IMG/VR virus record: IMGVR_UViG_3300044657_001301
Location: 1-28,827 of that record
Direction: 5' to 3' (one strand)
Length of the DNA stretch: 28,827 bases
DNA from: a virus
Lineage: Duplodnaviria; Caudoviricetes
A program made the translations under genes and the position numbers. The notes below the pieces were generated by a model. The model was not told where the DNA came from. It searched no databases and saw nothing but the letters and a program-made list of their open reading frames with translations. Position 1 is the first letter of the stretch; the number at the start of each line of letters is the position of its first letter. This document shows positions 27,154-28,827 of this stretch, in pieces.

Positions 27154-27392
27154 TGATTGAAGATAATGAAGTTTTGAAAATATACTGTGACAAACAAAAA
27201 GTTATGATTGCAGATCTCGTTTCAAAAGTATTAATGTTGGAAACTAAACTTGAATTTCTTGAAGCACAACGCAAAGTTGACATTGAGAAATTTGTGAAAG
27301 AGGATGTCGAATTTAACAGTGAAATTAAGAAGAAAGAAAATATAAATACTAAAAAACCCAATAATAATGGTCGAACTGGCCAGTTAAGATAG
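27153..27392 (+). CDS. Small coiled-coil hypothetical protein (79 aa)
   Basis: TAATG-coupled ORF with a heptad-like IADLVSKVLMLETKLEFLE stretch. Confidence 0.55.
   Translation: MIEDNEVLKIYCDKQKVMIADLVSKVLMLETKLEFLEAQRKVDIEKFVKEDVEFNSEIKKKENINTKKPNNNGRTGQLR
27341..27348 (+). promoter_or_regulatory. Putative late promoter TATAAATA
   Basis: Exact motif about 55 bp upstream of the ATG at 27404, which has an AGGAG RBS at 27391. Confidence 0.65.
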
Positions 27393-27403
27393 GAGACGTC
27401 TAA

Positions 27404-28827
27404 ATGGCTTCCACAATTCAAATTAAGAGAGGTACCGGTGCACCAGGAAGCCTGAATAACGGCGAGCTTGCGGTTGACATTGGTAACGAAATACTCTATG
27501 TTGGTAACTCCACAAATGGTGTTATTGAGCTTGCAAGAAATACAGTTGATGGGCTAGATCTTGTTGGTGGTGGTAACACTGTTACAATTTCTGCGCCAGG
27601 TAACGTTGAGGCTTATACTCTCGTACTTCCAGTCAACGACGGAGCCACAGATCAAGTCTTAACAACAGATGGTAGTGGTAATCTATCCTGGCAAGCTGGC
27701 GGTGAAGTTTTTATCACAGGCACGCCATCTGATGGTCAAGTTACTGTTTGGACAAGTGGGACGAATATCGAGGGCGACGCAGCACTCACGTTTGACACTT
27801 CAACAGACACCCTATCAATTGGTGCAACCAATGACGGTACTTTGTCAATTGGTGGCGTCACAGTTATCAATAACGGTGGAGCTGGTGCGGTTGAACTTGG
27901 TGGAATTGATTCACTTGATGCGACAACTGAAGCAACAATCGAAGCTGCAATTGACACGCTAGGAAATCTAACATCTGCTTCAAGCCTAGCAACTGTTGGT
28001 ACAGTTACAAGCGGCACATGGTCTGCAAATTATGGTGATGCTCTTATTCAGGACCTAGCTGATATTAGTGGAACTTCTACTGGAGCGGATGAAGTTATTG
28101 TTAGTACTGGCATTGGTACATTTGCTCTTGAATCTGGGGCTACTCTCAGAACATCCTTAGGTCTAGCAATTGGCACAGATGTTCAGGCATATGACGCAGA
28201 ACTCGCTGCTCTTGCTGGTCTTACATCTGCCGCTGACAAGCTACCATACTTCACTGGTTCTGGTACAGCGGCTGTAGCTGACTTCACCTCATTTGCAAGA
28301 TCGATCCTAGATGACGCAGATGCTGCTACAGTAAGAACGACAATTGATGTTGATCAGGCTGGTACAGATAACTCAACAGACGTAACACTTGCTGGTTCAC
28401 TCGACTATATCACAATTATTGGTCAGGAAATCACAAGAAACGCCATTGATCTTACTACTGACGTAACTGGGACACTTCCAGTTGGCAATGGTGGTACAGG
28501 TGCAACAACTCTAGCAAGTAACGGTATCTTAACAGGTAACGGCACATCAGCAATTCAGTCTGAAACCAATCTAACCTTTGATGGATCTACACTATCTGTT
28601 ACTGGTGACGTTTCTGTTACAGGCGATCTTACGGTTGCTGGTAATACAACCTTTACTGATTCTACAACAGTTTCAATTGAAGACTCACTACTCAAGTTAG
28701 CTGCTAACAATGTTAACACAGATACTGTTGACGTTGGTTTCTATGGCGTGTATAATGAGAGTGGTGTTAAGTATTCAGGTATCTTTAGAGATGCTTCTGA
28801 ATCAGGTAACGTATTTAAGGTTTGGGG
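27404..28827 (+). CDS. Tail fibre protein, 3'-truncated by the window (absent from the supplied ORF track)
   Basis: Manual translation gives MASTIQIKRGTGAPGSLNNGELAVD...YTLVLPVNDG..DQVLTTDGSGNLSW...LGLAIGTDVQAYDAELAALAGLTSAADKLPYFTGSG...TLPVGNGGTGA...DVGFYGVY. The frame stays open to the end of the window. Confidence 0.88.
   Translation, partial: MASTIQIKRGTGAPGSLNNGELAVDIGNEILYVGNSTNGVIELARNTVDGLDLVGGGNTVTISAPGNVEAYTLVLPVNDGATDQVLTTDGSGNLSWQAGGEVFITGTPSDGQVTVWTSGTNIEGDAALTFDTSTDTLSIGATNDGTLSIGGVTVINNGGAGAVELGGIDSLDATTEATIEAAIDTLGNLTSASSLATVGTVTSGTWSANYGDALIQDLADISGTSTGADEVIVSTGIGTFALESGATLRTSLGLAIGTDVQAYDAELAALAGLTSAADKLPYFTGSGTAAVADFTSFARSILDDADAATVRTTIDVDQAGTDNSTDVTLAGSLDYITIIGQEITRNAIDLTTDVTGTLPVGNGGTGATTLASNGILTGNGTSAIQSETNLTFDGSTLSVTGDVSVTGDLTVAGNTTFTDSTTVSIEDSLLKLAANNVNTDTVDVGFYGVYNESGVKYSGIFRDASESGNVFKVW

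Noticed and set aside
27669-27962. 97-aa + strand ORF in the supplied track
   Set aside because: It is an alternate-frame shadow of the real fibre gene starting at 27404.
475-28017. Minus-strand and short nested ORFs (e.g. 18419-19138, 15902-16477, 21108-21350, 23271-23474)
   Set aside because: They are antisense or off-frame shadows of well-supported + strand genes. The Gly/Pro-rich ones simply mirror the collagen codons.
1-28827. CRISPR arrays, tRNA/rRNA genes, transposases
   Set aside because: None was recognised. The window is almost fully coding, and its longest intergenic gap is about 70 bp.

Overview
This window is a late structural-gene block of a T4-like myovirus, and every supported gene is on the + strand. 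The order is: a partial baseplate hub gene, gp5 with no lysozyme domain, a protein with a C-terminal M15 peptidoglycan peptidase, gp25, gp6, gp7, gp8, a VrlC/DUF4815-like protein and a tail fibre with a Peptidase_S74 intramolecular chaperone. Further fibre-associated genes follow at the right end, and seven TATAAATA late-promoter motifs lie just upstream of gene starts. The standout is a tightly coupled ~4.8 kb cassette at 21124-25904. Three short proteins share an N-terminal MTTK(I/L)TSTGI(T/V)FNDS head and 10-12 Gly-X-Y collagen triplets, then end in a self-cleaving domain: two in Hint domains and one in an S74 chaperone. The cassette also holds a stand-alone Hint protein, a GRDP-like protein fused to an apparently inactive Hint, an unknown gene and a prolyl-hydroxylase-like 2OG-Fe(II) oxygenase. 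The Hint domains keep Cys1 and TxxH but lack the intein His-Asn terminus and carry a conserved C-terminal extension, as Hedgehog-type Hints do. My inference is a phage mini-collagen maturation or C-terminal ligation system. All calls come from motif recognition by eye; no searches were run.
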